Assembly (NCBI GenBank): GCA_031367385.1
Contig: JANLPS010000287.1
Coordinates: 1 to 24,862, forward strand
Source: Archangium sp.
GTDB taxonomy: Bacteria; Myxococcota; Myxococcia; Myxococcales; Myxococcaceae
Length of the DNA stretch: 24,862 nucleotides
Reading direction: 5' to 3'
Position numbers and translations under genes: made by a program
In this document: in pieces, positions 7,182 through 16,258 of the stretch
Layout of the letters: each line of letters begins with the position of its first letter
How positions within the stretch are numbered: the first letter of the stretch is position 1
Notes under the pieces: model-generated
Told to the model about the DNA's origin: nothing
Database searches by the model: none
Seen by the model: only the letters and a program-made list of their open reading frames with translations

Positions 7182-8204
7182 ATGACCTTCGAGCCGTTTC
7201 TGACCGCCGCCATCGACGCCCGGGCCGCGCTGAACAATGGGCCCCACGACACCGGGTACCGGTTGTTCAACGGCTTCACCGAAGGCGCGCCGCAGCTCGC
7301 GCTCGACATCTACGCGCAGACGCTGGTGTTAAACGATCACTCCGAGAGCACGACCGGCGACGAAGAGACGATCAAAAAGGCCAGCGAGCTGGTGCGCGCC
7401 AAGCTGCCCTGGCTCAAAAGCGGCTTGTGGAAGGTGCGCAGCGCGAAAGACGAGGGCCTGCGAAATGGCTCGGTGCTCTTCGGCACCGAAAAAGACCTCG
7501 CCCGCCGCGTCGTCGAAGACGGAGTCACCTACGCCCTCGACCTGCGCCTCAACCGCGACTCGAGCCTCTACCTCGACACCCGCATCTTGCGCGCCTGGGC
7601 CAAGAAGACCCTCGCCAACAAGCGGGTCTTGAACACCTTCTCGTACACCGGCTCGCTGGGCATCGCGGCCAAGGCCGGAGGCGCGGGGCAGGTCATGCAC
7701 ACCGACCTGAACAACTCGTTTCTGACCGTCGCGAAAGACTCGTACTCGATGAATGGCTGGCCGATCGCCAAGCGCGATTTTCGGGTCGGCGACTTCTTCG
7801 ACGTGGTGGGTCAGCTCAAGCGCGACGACGAGCTCTTCGACTGCGTCTTCGTCGACCCGCCGTACTTCTCGGTCACCGCGCAAGGCCGCGTCGACCTGGC
7901 CAACGACATGGACCGGGTGCTCAACAAGGTGCGCCCGCTGGTCGCCCACAACGGGTGGATGGTGGTGGTGAACAACGGCCTCTTCGTCAGCGGCGCTGAC
8001 TTCATGGCCACGCTCGAAAAGCTGTGTGTCGGCGGGTACATGACCATCGAAGAGCGCGTCGGCGTGCCCGACGACTTTCTCGGCACGCCCGCCACCCGGC
8101 ACGGCCAGCTGCCCGCCGACCCCGCGCCCTTCGTGCACTCGACCAAGATGGCGATCTTGTCAGTGCGCCGAAAAGACGAGCGCTCGGTGAACGACGCCGA
8201 TTAA
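7182..8204 (+). CDS. RlmI-family class I SAM-dependent methyltransferase without an obvious PUA domain
   Basis: YRLFNGFTEG, LYLDTR, RVLNTFSYTGSLG, FDCVFVDPPYF. Start at ATG 7182. Confidence 0.85.
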   Translation: MTFEPFLTAAIDARAALNNGPHDTGYRLFNGFTEGAPQLALDIYAQTLVLNDHSESTTGDEETIKKASELVRAKLPWLKSGLWKVRSAKDEGLRNGSVLFGTEKDLARRVVEDGVTYALDLRLNRDSSLYLDTRILRAWAKKTLANKRVLNTFSYTGSLGIAAKAGGAGQVMHTDLNNSFLTVAKDSYSMNGWPIAKRDFRVGDFFDVVGQLKRDDELFDCVFVDPPYFSVTAQGRVDLANDMDRVLNKVRPLVAHNGWMVVVNNGLFVSGADFMATLEKLCVGGYMTIEERVGVPDDFLGTPATRHGQLPADPAPFVHSTKMAILSVRRKDERSVNDAD

Positions 8205-8554
8205 CCCAGCAGCGTTGCGTAGGCCTGCTCGTTGAACCCCACGAGCACCTTCTTGCCGACGACCAGCACCGGGCGCTTCACCAACTTGCCGTCTTCGCTG
8301 AGCCAACGGGTGATGGTTTCGTCTGACGCTGCGTCGACCTTCGCTTTTCCCAGCGCGCGGTAGCTCAGCCCGCTCGTGTTGAGCCACTTCTTGAGCGGCA
8401 ACCCACTGGCGGGTACCCACTGCGCGAGCTCTTCGAGCGTCGGCGGCTCGTCGACGATGGCGCGTTCGGTGACGTCGACCTGATGCGCTTCGAGCCATGC
8501 CAACGCCTTGCGGCAGGTGCTGCAGCCTGCGTACGAGAGCACGGTGGGCTTCAC
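8201..8554 (-). CDS. ArsC/Spx/MgsR (YffB-like) family protein
   Basis: YAGCSTCRKALAWL (CxxC), NTSGLSYR, LVKRPVL, VGF. Confidence 0.9.
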   Translation of the reverse strand: MKPTVLSYAGCSTCRKALAWLEAHQVDVTERAIVDEPPTLEELAQWVPASGLPLKKWLNTSGLSYRALGKAKVDAASDETITRWLSEDGKLVKRPVLVVGKKVLVGFNEQAYATLLG

Positions 8555-9942
8555 GGCGCGGCGCTCCAGGTGATCGCCTGCGTGGGAAAGGTCTGCTTGA
8601 GGCTCTTCTCGATGCGAGCCCGGTCTCCGACCATCACCACGGTGTACCCCTCGGGCGCGAATTGCTTGGTGGCCTCGAGCAGCTGGTCAGCGGTGATCGC
8701 GTTGTACTTGGCGGTGTACTGGCTGTACTCGGTGGCGGGCAGCCCGTTGAGGGCCAGCATCGCGAACGCCGAGGCCGCCGCGCCTCCAGAGCCCAGCTCT
8801 TCGACCAGCTGCGCATCGAGCAACGCCCGGCTCTTCTGTTGCTCGCTCGGCGACACCGAGGTCAGCCCCTTCATCTCCTCGAACAACTGCTGCAGCGCCA
8901 CAGCGGTGACCTCGGTCTTCACCGACGTTCGAACCCTCATGGCGCCGCCGGCCCGCCCGGCGCTGAGAGAAGCACCCGCGCCATAGGTAAACCCGCTCTT
9001 CTCTCGAAGCCGCTGGTTGAGCCGGCTGGTGAACGAGCCCCCCAGCACCACCGCCGCCTCGAATAGGGCCGGCAGGGTTGCCGCGCTCGCAGCGGGCCCG
9101 GGCCGCGAGACGAGCAGTACGGTTTGCGCCGCGCCGGGCTTGTCGACGCCCACCCAACTCGGAGCCGCGGCTGCGACTTCAGCGGGCCTCGCCATCGCCA
9201 CGACGGTCGACCACGGCTTGGGCACGGCCGCGTTGACGATCTTCTGTACCGCCGCCGCCGTCACGTCGCCCACCAGCGTCACCGTGACCTCGGCGGGCAG
9301 GTAATGCGACGCGTAAAAGGCCTTCACGTCTTCGAGGGTAAGGGCCTTGACCGTCTCGGTGCTGCCGTTGACGGTGTGCCCCCGCGGCCCCGAGCCGTAC
9401 ATGGTCGCGGCCATGACCATCGAGGCCACCATCACCGGTTGGTCTCGCTCGGCGGCGATCTCCGAGAGGCGGCGTTGCTTGACCGACGCGAAGGCCCTTT
9501 CGTCGAACCGCGGCTTGGTGAGCACCTCGAAGATCAACGGCAACGCCTGATCGATCTTCGACGACAGCACGGTGAAGGTGAAGGTCGAGCCCTCTCCCAA
9601 CCCGTTCGCGGTGAGGGTCGTGCCAAGGGCGTCGAACGCCTCGATGACCTCGTTCGGTGAACGAGCCCCAGCGCCACCCTCTTCGAGCATCGACGCGGTC
9701 AACGCCGCGAGCCCTGCCTTGCCCGGAGGGTCGGCCAACGAGCCCGCCGACACCACCACCTCGACATGCACCAGCGGCAAGACGCTCGAGGTGTGCACCC
9801 AGGCCTTGGCGCCATTGCCCAGCGTCACGACCTGCGGCACCGGAGCCACCCACGCCTTGACCGGAGGGATGACCGGGGCTCCCACGGCCTGCGACTGCGC
9901 TGCGCCAGCCGCCAACACAACCGCCAACAGTGCGTGACTCAT
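8551..9942 (-). CDS. M16 (pitrilysin) family peptidase, non-catalytic subunit
   Basis: DPPGKAGLAALTASML (no HxxEH) and LGGSFTSRLNQRLREKSGFTYGA; signal peptide; ATGA overlap with the upstream gene. Confidence 0.9.
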   Translation of the reverse strand: MSHALLAVVLAAGAAQSQAVGAPVIPPVKAWVAPVPQVVTLGNGAKAWVHTSSVLPLVHVEVVVSAGSLADPPGKAGLAALTASMLEEGGAGARSPNEVIEAFDALGTTLTANGLGEGSTFTFTVLSSKIDQALPLIFEVLTKPRFDERAFASVKQRRLSEIAAERDQPVMVASMVMAATMYGSGPRGHTVNGSTETVKALTLEDVKAFYASHYLPAEVTVTLVGDVTAAAVQKIVNAAVPKPWSTVVAMARPAEVAAAAPSWVGVDKPGAAQTVLLVSRPGPAASAATLPALFEAAVVLGGSFTSRLNQRLREKSGFTYGAGASLSAGRAGGAMRVRTSVKTEVTAVALQQLFEEMKGLTSVSPSEQQKSRALLDAQLVEELGSGGAAASAFAMLALNGLPATEYSQYTAKYNAITADQLLEATKQFAPEGYTVVMVGDRARIEKSLKQTFPTQAITWSAAP

Positions 9943-11246
9943 GACTTTTTTCCGTTCGGCACGAAGGTGCCGGTGAGCCTTGGCTTCATCAGCACCCGCT
10001 TGATGATCTCGAGGGTGCCCGAGGGCGTGACCGCGTCGAGGCTCGCCAAGAGCGATCGGGCGATCTCCCCCGGGTCGCCGAACTCGAGCTCGCTGCTGTT
10101 GAGCAACCACGCACGATTGGCGAGGTCTTCGAGGCCGCTGAGCCTTCGCGTCTCGAGGCGGGCGCGGGCGCGATCAACCTCATCGGTGGTGGGCGGCGAA
10201 GTCAAAAGCTTCGCCAGCTCAGCCTCGAGCGCCTTCTCGACTTCGGCCGCGGAGTGCCCCGTCTGAGCGGTCGCGGCAACCGTGAACACGCTCTGGCCCC
10301 TGCGCCCGTCGAAAGAGACCTCGACGTCTTCGGCCAGCTGCTGGTCGATCACGATCGACTTCACCAGCCGTGACGACTTGCCCCCTCCGAGCAGGTTCGC
10401 GAGCAGCTCGCACTCAGGCGAGCCCCGGCGGTTGTCGGCGGGGGCCAGCCAATGCAGCTCGACCCGCTCATGCTGAACCGCGTCGGGTTGCGTGACCCGA
10501 ACGGACTTGGCGAGCTCGACCGGAGCGATGGCCGGCCCGAGCTGCGCCTCGACCCGCGGCACCGGCCCCAGGTACTTCTCGACCAACCGCTTGGCCTCAG
10601 CGGGGTCGAAGTCACCCGCGAGCACCAGCGACGCATTGGTCGTCACGTAGTGCTTCGCAAAGAAGCCCTTCACGTCATCGACCGACGCCGCGGTCAGGTC
10701 GGCGTGAGAACCGATCACCGTGTGATGATACGGGTGCCCAGGGGGGAAGAGCTTGCCCGAGAGGATCTCTTCGGACATGCCGTAGGGCCGCATCTCGTAG
10801 CTTTGCCGGCGCTCGTTCTTGACCACGTCGCGCTGCAGGTCGACCTTGGCGCGGGTCATCGCGTCGTTGAGGTGCGCGAGGCGATCACCTTCGAGAAACA
10901 AGAAAGTCTCGAGCAGGTTCGAGGGCCCCATCTCGTAGTAGTTCGTGTGGTTCCAGGTGGTCCACGCGTTGTTGTTGCCGCCGACCTGCTCCATCAGCGT
11001 GTCGAAGGCGCTGTTGGGCACCGCCACCGTGCCCATGAACATCAGGTGCTCGAACAGGTGCGCCAAGCCGGTGCGGCCGACCCGCTCGTTCGCTGAGCCG
11101 ACGTCGTAGACCACGTCGATCACCACCCGGGGGTGGGCGTGATCTTCATGAAGAATGACGGTCAGCCCGTTCGGCAGTGTGTAGCGCTCGAAGGGCAGCG
11201 AGATGGGCGAGGTCGAAACCAACAGAGACAGCAGCTGAAAAAGCAT
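9939..11246 (-). CDS. M16 (pitrilysin) family zinc peptidase, catalytic subunit
   Basis: YTLPNGLTVIL, GRTGLAHLFEHLMFMG (HxxEH), NAWT, VVKNERRQ. Confidence 0.95.
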   Translation of the reverse strand: MLFQLLSLLVSTSPISLPFERYTLPNGLTVILHEDHAHPRVVIDVVYDVGSANERVGRTGLAHLFEHLMFMGTVAVPNSAFDTLMEQVGGNNNAWTTWNHTNYYEMGPSNLLETFLFLEGDRLAHLNDAMTRAKVDLQRDVVKNERRQSYEMRPYGMSEEILSGKLFPPGHPYHHTVIGSHADLTAASVDDVKGFFAKHYVTTNASLVLAGDFDPAEAKRLVEKYLGPVPRVEAQLGPAIAPVELAKSVRVTQPDAVQHERVELHWLAPADNRRGSPECELLANLLGGGKSSRLVKSIVIDQQLAEDVEVSFDGRRGQSVFTVAATAQTGHSAAEVEKALEAELAKLLTSPPTTDEVDRARARLETRRLSGLEDLANRAWLLNSSELEFGDPGEIARSLLASLDAVTPSGTLEIIKRVLMKPRLTGTFVPNGKKS

Positions 11247-11314
11247 GTGGCCCCTTACCAACTCGCGTCATTTCGGGCAGCAACTCCCAACGCAGGTTTG
11301 GTATGCACCGCGGC

Positions 11315-11911
11315 ATGGCCAAGAAAATTCTCATCGCGTTCGCACTGGTGCTCGGCATTCTGGTCGTGATCATCGCGTTGCAGCCGGCCGCCTTCACCGT
11401 CGAGCGGCACACGATGGTCAACGCGCCTCCCGCGATGGTCTACGCGCAGATCGACGACTTTCACCGCTGGGCCGACTGGTCACCGTGGGAGAAGATGGAC
11501 GGAGACAGCCTGAAGAAGACCTACACCGGCCCCAGCGCGGGCGTCGGCGCGCACTACGAGTGGGCGGGCGAGAAGACGGGCGAGGGCAACATGACCATCA
11601 ACGAGGCCAGGCCCAACGAGCGGGTCGCCATCGCCCTCAACTTCACCATGCCGTTCAAGGCCGAGAACACCTCGACGTTCGCGATGACGCCGTCTGGCGC
11701 GGGCACCGACGTCTCGTGGGCGATGAGCGGCAATCGGGGCTTCATGGAGAAAGCGATGGGCCTGGTGATGGACATGGACAAGATGATCGGCCCTGACTTC
11801 GAGAAGGGCCTGGCCGACATCAAGCGCCTGGCCGAGGCCGACGCGGCGAAGATGGTGGCTCCCGCTGCGGCGCCTGAGCTCGCGGCGGCGGTTGACGCTG
11901 GCACTCCGTGA
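11315..11911 (+). CDS. SRPBCC (START-like) family protein with N-terminal anchor
   Basis: FTVERHTMVNAPP, DFHRWADWSPW, GVGAHYEWAG, IGPDFEKGLADIK. Confidence 0.9.
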   Translation: MAKKILIAFALVLGILVVIIALQPAAFTVERHTMVNAPPAMVYAQIDDFHRWADWSPWEKMDGDSLKKTYTGPSAGVGAHYEWAGEKTGEGNMTINEARPNERVAIALNFTMPFKAENTSTFAMTPSGAGTDVSWAMSGNRGFMEKAMGLVMDMDKMIGPDFEKGLADIKRLAEADAAKMVAPAAAPELAAAVDAGTP

Positions 11912-12507
11912 GCGAGCCGTTTCGGTTCGACGCTGAGTACTACCGTCGATTTTATCTGAGCCCGCAGACCCGAATTTACGACCGCGATCGACACGCCACC
12001 CTCGTCGCCGCCACGGTGCATTTTTGCGACTGGCTGGGCGTGCACATTCGCTCGGTGCTCGATGTGGGCGCGGGCGTGGGCTGGTGGGGCCAGTGGTTCG
12101 CCGAGCACCGCCCCGACGTGAGGGTGGTCAGCACCGAGTTCGAAGCCGAGACCTGCAAGACCTACGGGCACGTGCAGGCCGACATCTCGAAGTGGCGGCT
12201 CGATGAGCAGTTCGATCTCGTCGTGTGCCAGGGCGTGCTGCCGTACCTCGAAGCCGCCGATTGCAAAAAAGCCATCGCCAACCTCGGTGCGATGGCGCGC
12301 GGCATGATGTACCTCGAGGCGATCACCAAGGCCGACACCGCGGGTTCGGTCGACCCCAGCCTCACCGACATGCGCATTCACCGCAGGCCCGGCAGCTGGT
12401 ACCGCAAAGCGCTCAAGCCGCACTTTCAGCAGGTCGGCGCAGGGCTCTGGTCGAAGCGCGGCGCCGGAGTCATCTTCTACGAGCTCGAGGCGGCCGAGCG
12501 CGACTGA
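11908..12507 (+). CDS. Class I SAM-dependent methyltransferase
   Basis: SVLDVGAGVG and FDLVVCQGVLPYL; GTGA overlap with the SRPBCC gene. Confidence 0.88.
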   Translation: MSEPFRFDAEYYRRFYLSPQTRIYDRDRHATLVAATVHFCDWLGVHIRSVLDVGAGVGWWGQWFAEHRPDVRVVSTEFEAETCKTYGHVQADISKWRLDEQFDLVVCQGVLPYLEAADCKKAIANLGAMARGMMYLEAITKADTAGSVDPSLTDMRIHRRPGSWYRKALKPHFQQVGAGLWSKRGAGVIFYELEAAERD

Positions 12508-13376
12508 CCGCGGGCATCTCCGACGGCGCGAATCAACTTGTCGGCCTGATCGGGCGAGAGCATGCCCTGCTCGACCATGCCGAGAATCTTGAGCAATTCA
12601 GGGCTCGGCTCTTCTGTGCGCGCGGGCGAAACGTGCGCTGGCGAAGTCGCTGGGGCCATTACCGTGCGCTCGATCGCCGCCGCGGCGGTGGCCCACCATC
12701 GGCGCCAGTCAGGCCAATCGCCGTGCCGGGCGTCTGTCGCGCTCGACCCTTCGCGCACTTTCACCGACCCGAGCTCTGCCTCGAGCAGCAGGTGAGCAGC
12801 GGCGTTGGGGTTGTTCGGGTAGCTGGTGCGGGTCGAGCCCATCACGGTGCGCGACTCAATCTTCACGTCGAGGCCGGGCGCCAGGTCGACCTTGACCGAC
12901 CCCATGGTCGAGTGAATGCGGTGGGTGCCAGGGTCGAGCGCGACGATGCCCAGCCGAACCGAGCCGGTGGAGGCCTCGAGCTCGAAGGTGCCACCGACGT
13001 TTTCGGCGCGAATTTCACCAGCGTGCGCGCGCAACACGAAGCGGCCCCGCGCATCGCGTACGTCGAGCGTCCCGGCGTTGCTGCTCAAGGTCAAATCGCA
13101 GCCAGCCATGTTGCTGACGCGCAGCTTGCCCATGTCGCAATTCAAGGTCGCGCGAAGGTTCTGTGGCACGTAGAGCGTCATGCGCTGGTCGCCCAGGCAC
13201 CACGCGGCGCTGAGCCGAACGACGCCGTCGACGTTCTCGACCTGAACCGGGTTGCCCTTCACTTCGATGTACGACTCGCCCGCGCCTGCGACGCCGATCA
13301 CCTCGACCACCGACCCCTGCGTTTCGAGATGGAGCTGAGGCAAATCAGAAAAGGGCAAAACGGTTTTGTGGTTCAT
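12477..13376 (-). CDS. DUF4097/LiaX-like beta-repeat protein with C-terminal SHOCT-like helix pair
   Basis: Repeated S/T-x-G-x-V/I motifs (DMGKL, NAGTL, HAGEI, STGSV, TMGSV, VMGST, ELGSV); C-terminal LLKILGMVEQGMLSPDQADKLIRAV. Confidence 0.72.
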   Translation of the reverse strand: MNHKTVLPFSDLPQLHLETQGSVVEVIGVAGAGESYIEVKGNPVQVENVDGVVRLSAAWCLGDQRMTLYVPQNLRATLNCDMGKLRVSNMAGCDLTLSSNAGTLDVRDARGRFVLRAHAGEIRAENVGGTFELEASTGSVRLGIVALDPGTHRIHSTMGSVKVDLAPGLDVKIESRTVMGSTRTSYPNNPNAAAHLLLEAELGSVKVREGSSATDARHGDWPDWRRWWATAAAAIERTVMAPATSPAHVSPARTEEPSPELLKILGMVEQGMLSPDQADKLIRAVGDARGQSRSAASSS

Positions 13377-13786
13377 GGCTTCTCCTTGGTGGCGCGTAGA
13401 AGGCGTTCGGCGGTGTCGACGTCGATGGTGCCGGCCTCGAGCTGCTCGAGAATCGACATGCGTGAGGCGGTTCGAGACCTCGGAGCGGGCGCAGCGGCTG
13501 GCGGGTTCGACGCGCCTTGAACGACCGCGACCACTTCATCGAGGCGCGCCACGACGGTGGGGTACGAGAGGCCGAGCGCGTGCTCGACGTCTTTGATCTT
13601 GCCGCGTGAGGCGAGAAACACCTTCACGAAGGCCAGCTGTTCGCGGCTCAAGGCGCCGACCCAGCCGAGCGAGAAGTGACCCTCGACGGCGGTGCCGCAG
13701 CCCACGCACCCGAGGCGCACGATTTCGAGGGGGCCAGCGCACGCAGGGCAAACACTCGGGACGGACATGAGATTGGCTTTATTCAT
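13373..13786 (-). CDS. DUF2089 family protein (Zn ribbon + HTH-like + SHOCT-like tail)
   Basis: CPAC...RLGCVGCGTAVEGHF, LSREQLAFVKVFLASRGKIKDVEHALGLSYPTVVARLD, ILEQLEAGTIDVDTAERLL. Start at ATG 13786 or 13768. Confidence 0.9.
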   Translation of the reverse strand: MNKANLMSVPSVCPACAGPLEIVRLGCVGCGTAVEGHFSLGWVGALSREQLAFVKVFLASRGKIKDVEHALGLSYPTVVARLDEVVAVVQGASNPPAAAPAPRSRTASRMSILEQLEAGTIDVDTAERLLRATKEKP

Positions 13787-13791
13787 CAAGA

Positions 13792-13829
13792 TATTAATTT
13801 AATCAATATCGTTATTGATTAAATCAAAA
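13792..13829. promoter_or_regulatory. Tandem palindromic operator, consensus TATTGATT-W-AATCAATA x2
   Basis: TATTAATTTAATCAATA (13792-13808) and TATTGATTAAATCAAAA (13813-13829), 14/17 identical with a 21-bp period. Together they contain a perfect 12-bp inverted repeat (13797-13808 / 13813-13824). Confidence 0.75.
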
Positions 13830-13890
13830 GCTCAATGCGATTCGCATGTAATTTCAGACATTTCGCGTCCGGTGAAATACCAAGCTCTCC

Positions 13891-15489
13891 GTGCTCTGGG
13901 CTGCCCTCACGCTGCTGCCGATCGTTTCGCTGATCGCGACCCCGTGGCTGCTGAAGGCCCTGATTCGCCGGCGGCTTCAAGGGTACCGGGTGGCGCACAA
14001 CCAAGTCGATGCGCAGCGGCCCGAGCGGCTGACGGGCTCGAAGCGAGTCGCCGTGATGGGTGCCGGAGTCGCGGGGCTCACCGCCGCCGTCACCCTCGCC
14101 CGCCGCGGGTTTTCGGTGACGCTCTTCGAGTCATCGGCGCACATCGGAGGCAAGCTCGGCAGCTGGCGAGTCGAGCTCACTGCGACTGAGCACGCGTGGG
14201 TGAGCCACGGGTTTCACGCCTTTTTTCCCCACTACTTGAACCTCAACCGGTTTCTCGACTCGATGGGGCTGCGCAAGGGCTTCATCTCGATTGGCGAGTA
14301 CGTGATCGTCGGTGCCAAGAGCACCGTGCGCTTCGGCAAGCTCGACACCACGCCGGTCTTCAACCTGCTCTCGCTGGCCCGCGCCGGAGTCTTCAAGCTC
14401 GGTGAAGCCCTGCGAGCCCCTGGCCGCGACTTGTACGGGTTGTTTCTCGAGTACGACCACGCCAAGACGTTCGAGTCTTACGATCACCTCTCGTTCGGCG
14501 AGTTCAACCGCCTGGCCAAGGTGCCTCCGCGGCTCAAGTTGGCGTTCAACACGTTCGCGCGCGCGTTCTTCGCCGATGAAGACAAGCTCTCACTGGCCGA
14601 GCTGCTCAAGTCGTTTCACTTCTATTACCTCGGGCAAGACGCGGGCCTCGTCTACACCTACCCGACGCGCGACTACGAGCCGGGCCTGCTCGCCCCCATT
14701 CGAGACGAGCTCGCCAAGCACGGAGCGGCACTGAAGACCTCGACGCCGGTGACCGCGTTCACCCGAACTGCGAGTGGCTTCACGGTCAACGGAGAGGCGT
14801 TCGATCAGGCGGTGCTCGCCACCGACGTGGTCGGAGCTCGGTCTATCGTGACGAGCTCGCAGGGGCTCGACCCAGCGCTGGTGAGTCAATTCGATGCGCT
14901 GCACCCCGGGCAACGGTACGCCGTGCTGCGAATCTGGGCCGACAAAGACGTGCGCGCCGACATGCCGCCCTTCGTGATCATCGACCGAGACAACGTGCTC
15001 GATGCCTTCGCCGCGTATCACCGCTTCGAGACCGACGCCGCACAGTGGGTCACGCGCCACGCAGGGGGCTCCGTGCTCGAGCTGCATTGCTATGCGGTGC
15101 CCGAAGCGATGGGCGAGGCCGAGGTCAAAGCCGCCCTCATCGATGAAATGATTCGGTTTTTTCCTGAGCTTGCAGGGCTGACCATCGCCCACGAGCACTT
15201 TGCGATTCACCGCAACTTCACCGCGTTTCACGTCGGGCAGTACGCACGGAGGCCGACCGTCGAGACGGGCGTACCAGGGTTCTCGTGCGCCGGAGACTGG
15301 GTGAAGCTGCCCTTTCCCGCGATGCTGCTGGAGTGCGCCGCGTCGAGTGGCTTGTGGGCCGCGAACACGATTCTTCGTGAGCACGGCCTGCGCGAAGAAC
15401 CGATCATGGGCGTGCCGCTGCGCGGGTTGATGGCGGGGCTGCCGCAGCCTCCAGCGAGAAAAATGCTGCTGGCACCGAAGCCCCCGTGA
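13891..15489 (+). CDS. crtU: FAD-dependent carotenoid desaturase, CrtU (isorenieratene synthase)-like
   Basis: Rossmann motif VAVMGAGVAGLTAA; HGFHAFFPHYLNL, FHFYYLG, GGSVLELHCYA and RPTVET...AGDWVKLPFPAMLLECAASSG, which recall actinobacterial CrtU; N-terminal hydrophobic helix. Confidence 0.72.
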   Translation: MLWAALTLLPIVSLIATPWLLKALIRRRLQGYRVAHNQVDAQRPERLTGSKRVAVMGAGVAGLTAAVTLARRGFSVTLFESSAHIGGKLGSWRVELTATEHAWVSHGFHAFFPHYLNLNRFLDSMGLRKGFISIGEYVIVGAKSTVRFGKLDTTPVFNLLSLARAGVFKLGEALRAPGRDLYGLFLEYDHAKTFESYDHLSFGEFNRLAKVPPRLKLAFNTFARAFFADEDKLSLAELLKSFHFYYLGQDAGLVYTYPTRDYEPGLLAPIRDELAKHGAALKTSTPVTAFTRTASGFTVNGEAFDQAVLATDVVGARSIVTSSQGLDPALVSQFDALHPGQRYAVLRIWADKDVRADMPPFVIIDRDNVLDAFAAYHRFETDAAQWVTRHAGGSVLELHCYAVPEAMGEAEVKAALIDEMIRFFPELAGLTIAHEHFAIHRNFTAFHVGQYARRPTVETGVPGFSCAGDWVKLPFPAMLLECAASSGLWAANTILREHGLREEPIMGVPLRGLMAGLPQPPARKMLLAPKPP

Positions 15490-15508
15490 CGTGCTAACCC
15501 TCGCGCCC

Positions 15509-16258
15509 ATGCGCGTGCTTGTGCTCGTGGTGGCACTGCTGACGGGGTGTCGCTCGGAGAAGCCCGTCGAGCCGTTGCGGGTCGGAGCCGCGTCTGATCT
15601 GACCGTGGCGTTCAACGCCCTCGCCAAGCAATACACGGCCTCGACCGGGAGACAGGTCGAGCTCACCTTCGGCTCGACCGGGTTGCTCGCCAAGCAGCTC
15701 TCGCAGGGAGCACCGTTCGACGTCTTCGCCGCGGCCGACGTCGCCACCGTCGAGGGGCTGGCCGCCAAAGGCACCTGCGTCGCCTCAACCCAGCGCGTCT
15801 TCGCGAAGGGCCGCCTGGTGGTGTGGACCGCGCCCGGCATCACCGCGCCGGGTTCGCTGGCCGAGCTCGCCGACGAGCGCTTCAAGCACATCGCGCTCGC
15901 CAACACCGAGCACGCCCCATACGGCCGAGCCGCCAAAGCCGCCCTCGAGGCCGCCGGAGTGATGGGCAACATCAAGTCGAGGCTGGTCTCCGGCGACAGC
16001 GTCAGCCACGCCTTGCAGTTGGTGCGCAGTGGCAACGCCGAAGCAGGGCTGATCGCGCGCTCCCTGGTCACCGAGCTTCACGACGGGCAGCTGCTGCTGG
16101 TCGATGACTCCCTGCACCCACCCCTCAACCAGGCCGCGATCGCCTGTGGCACCGACGAAAACCGCCTCACCGCCGCGAAGCAATTTCTCGAGGTGCTGCG
16201 CACCAGCGGAGCGTTGCTCGCGAAGTACGGCTTCGAGAGCGCTGACCCGCCCCAATGA
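15509..16258 (+). CDS. modA: Molybdate ABC transporter substrate-binding lipoprotein
   Basis: Lipobox LLTGC; VGAASDL, FGSTGLLAKQL..GAPFDVF, ANTEHAPYGRAA. Confidence 0.93.
   Translation: MRVLVLVVALLTGCRSEKPVEPLRVGAASDLTVAFNALAKQYTASTGRQVELTFGSTGLLAKQLSQGAPFDVFAAADVATVEGLAAKGTCVASTQRVFAKGRLVVWTAPGITAPGSLAELADERFKHIALANTEHAPYGRAAKAALEAAGVMGNIKSRLVSGDSVSHALQLVRSGNAEAGLIARSLVTELHDGQLLLVDDSLHPPLNQAAIACGTDENRLTAAKQFLEVLRTSGALLAKYGFESADPPQ

Noticed and set aside
13797..13824. 12-bp inverted repeat as a terminator or IS end
   Set aside because: It lies between divergent start codons, is AT-rich with no GC stem, and has no adjacent transposase; an operator fits better.
12225..16071. Long opposite-strand ORFs 12225-13520 and 14590-16071
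   Set aside because: Antisense shadows of well-supported genes; no motifs.
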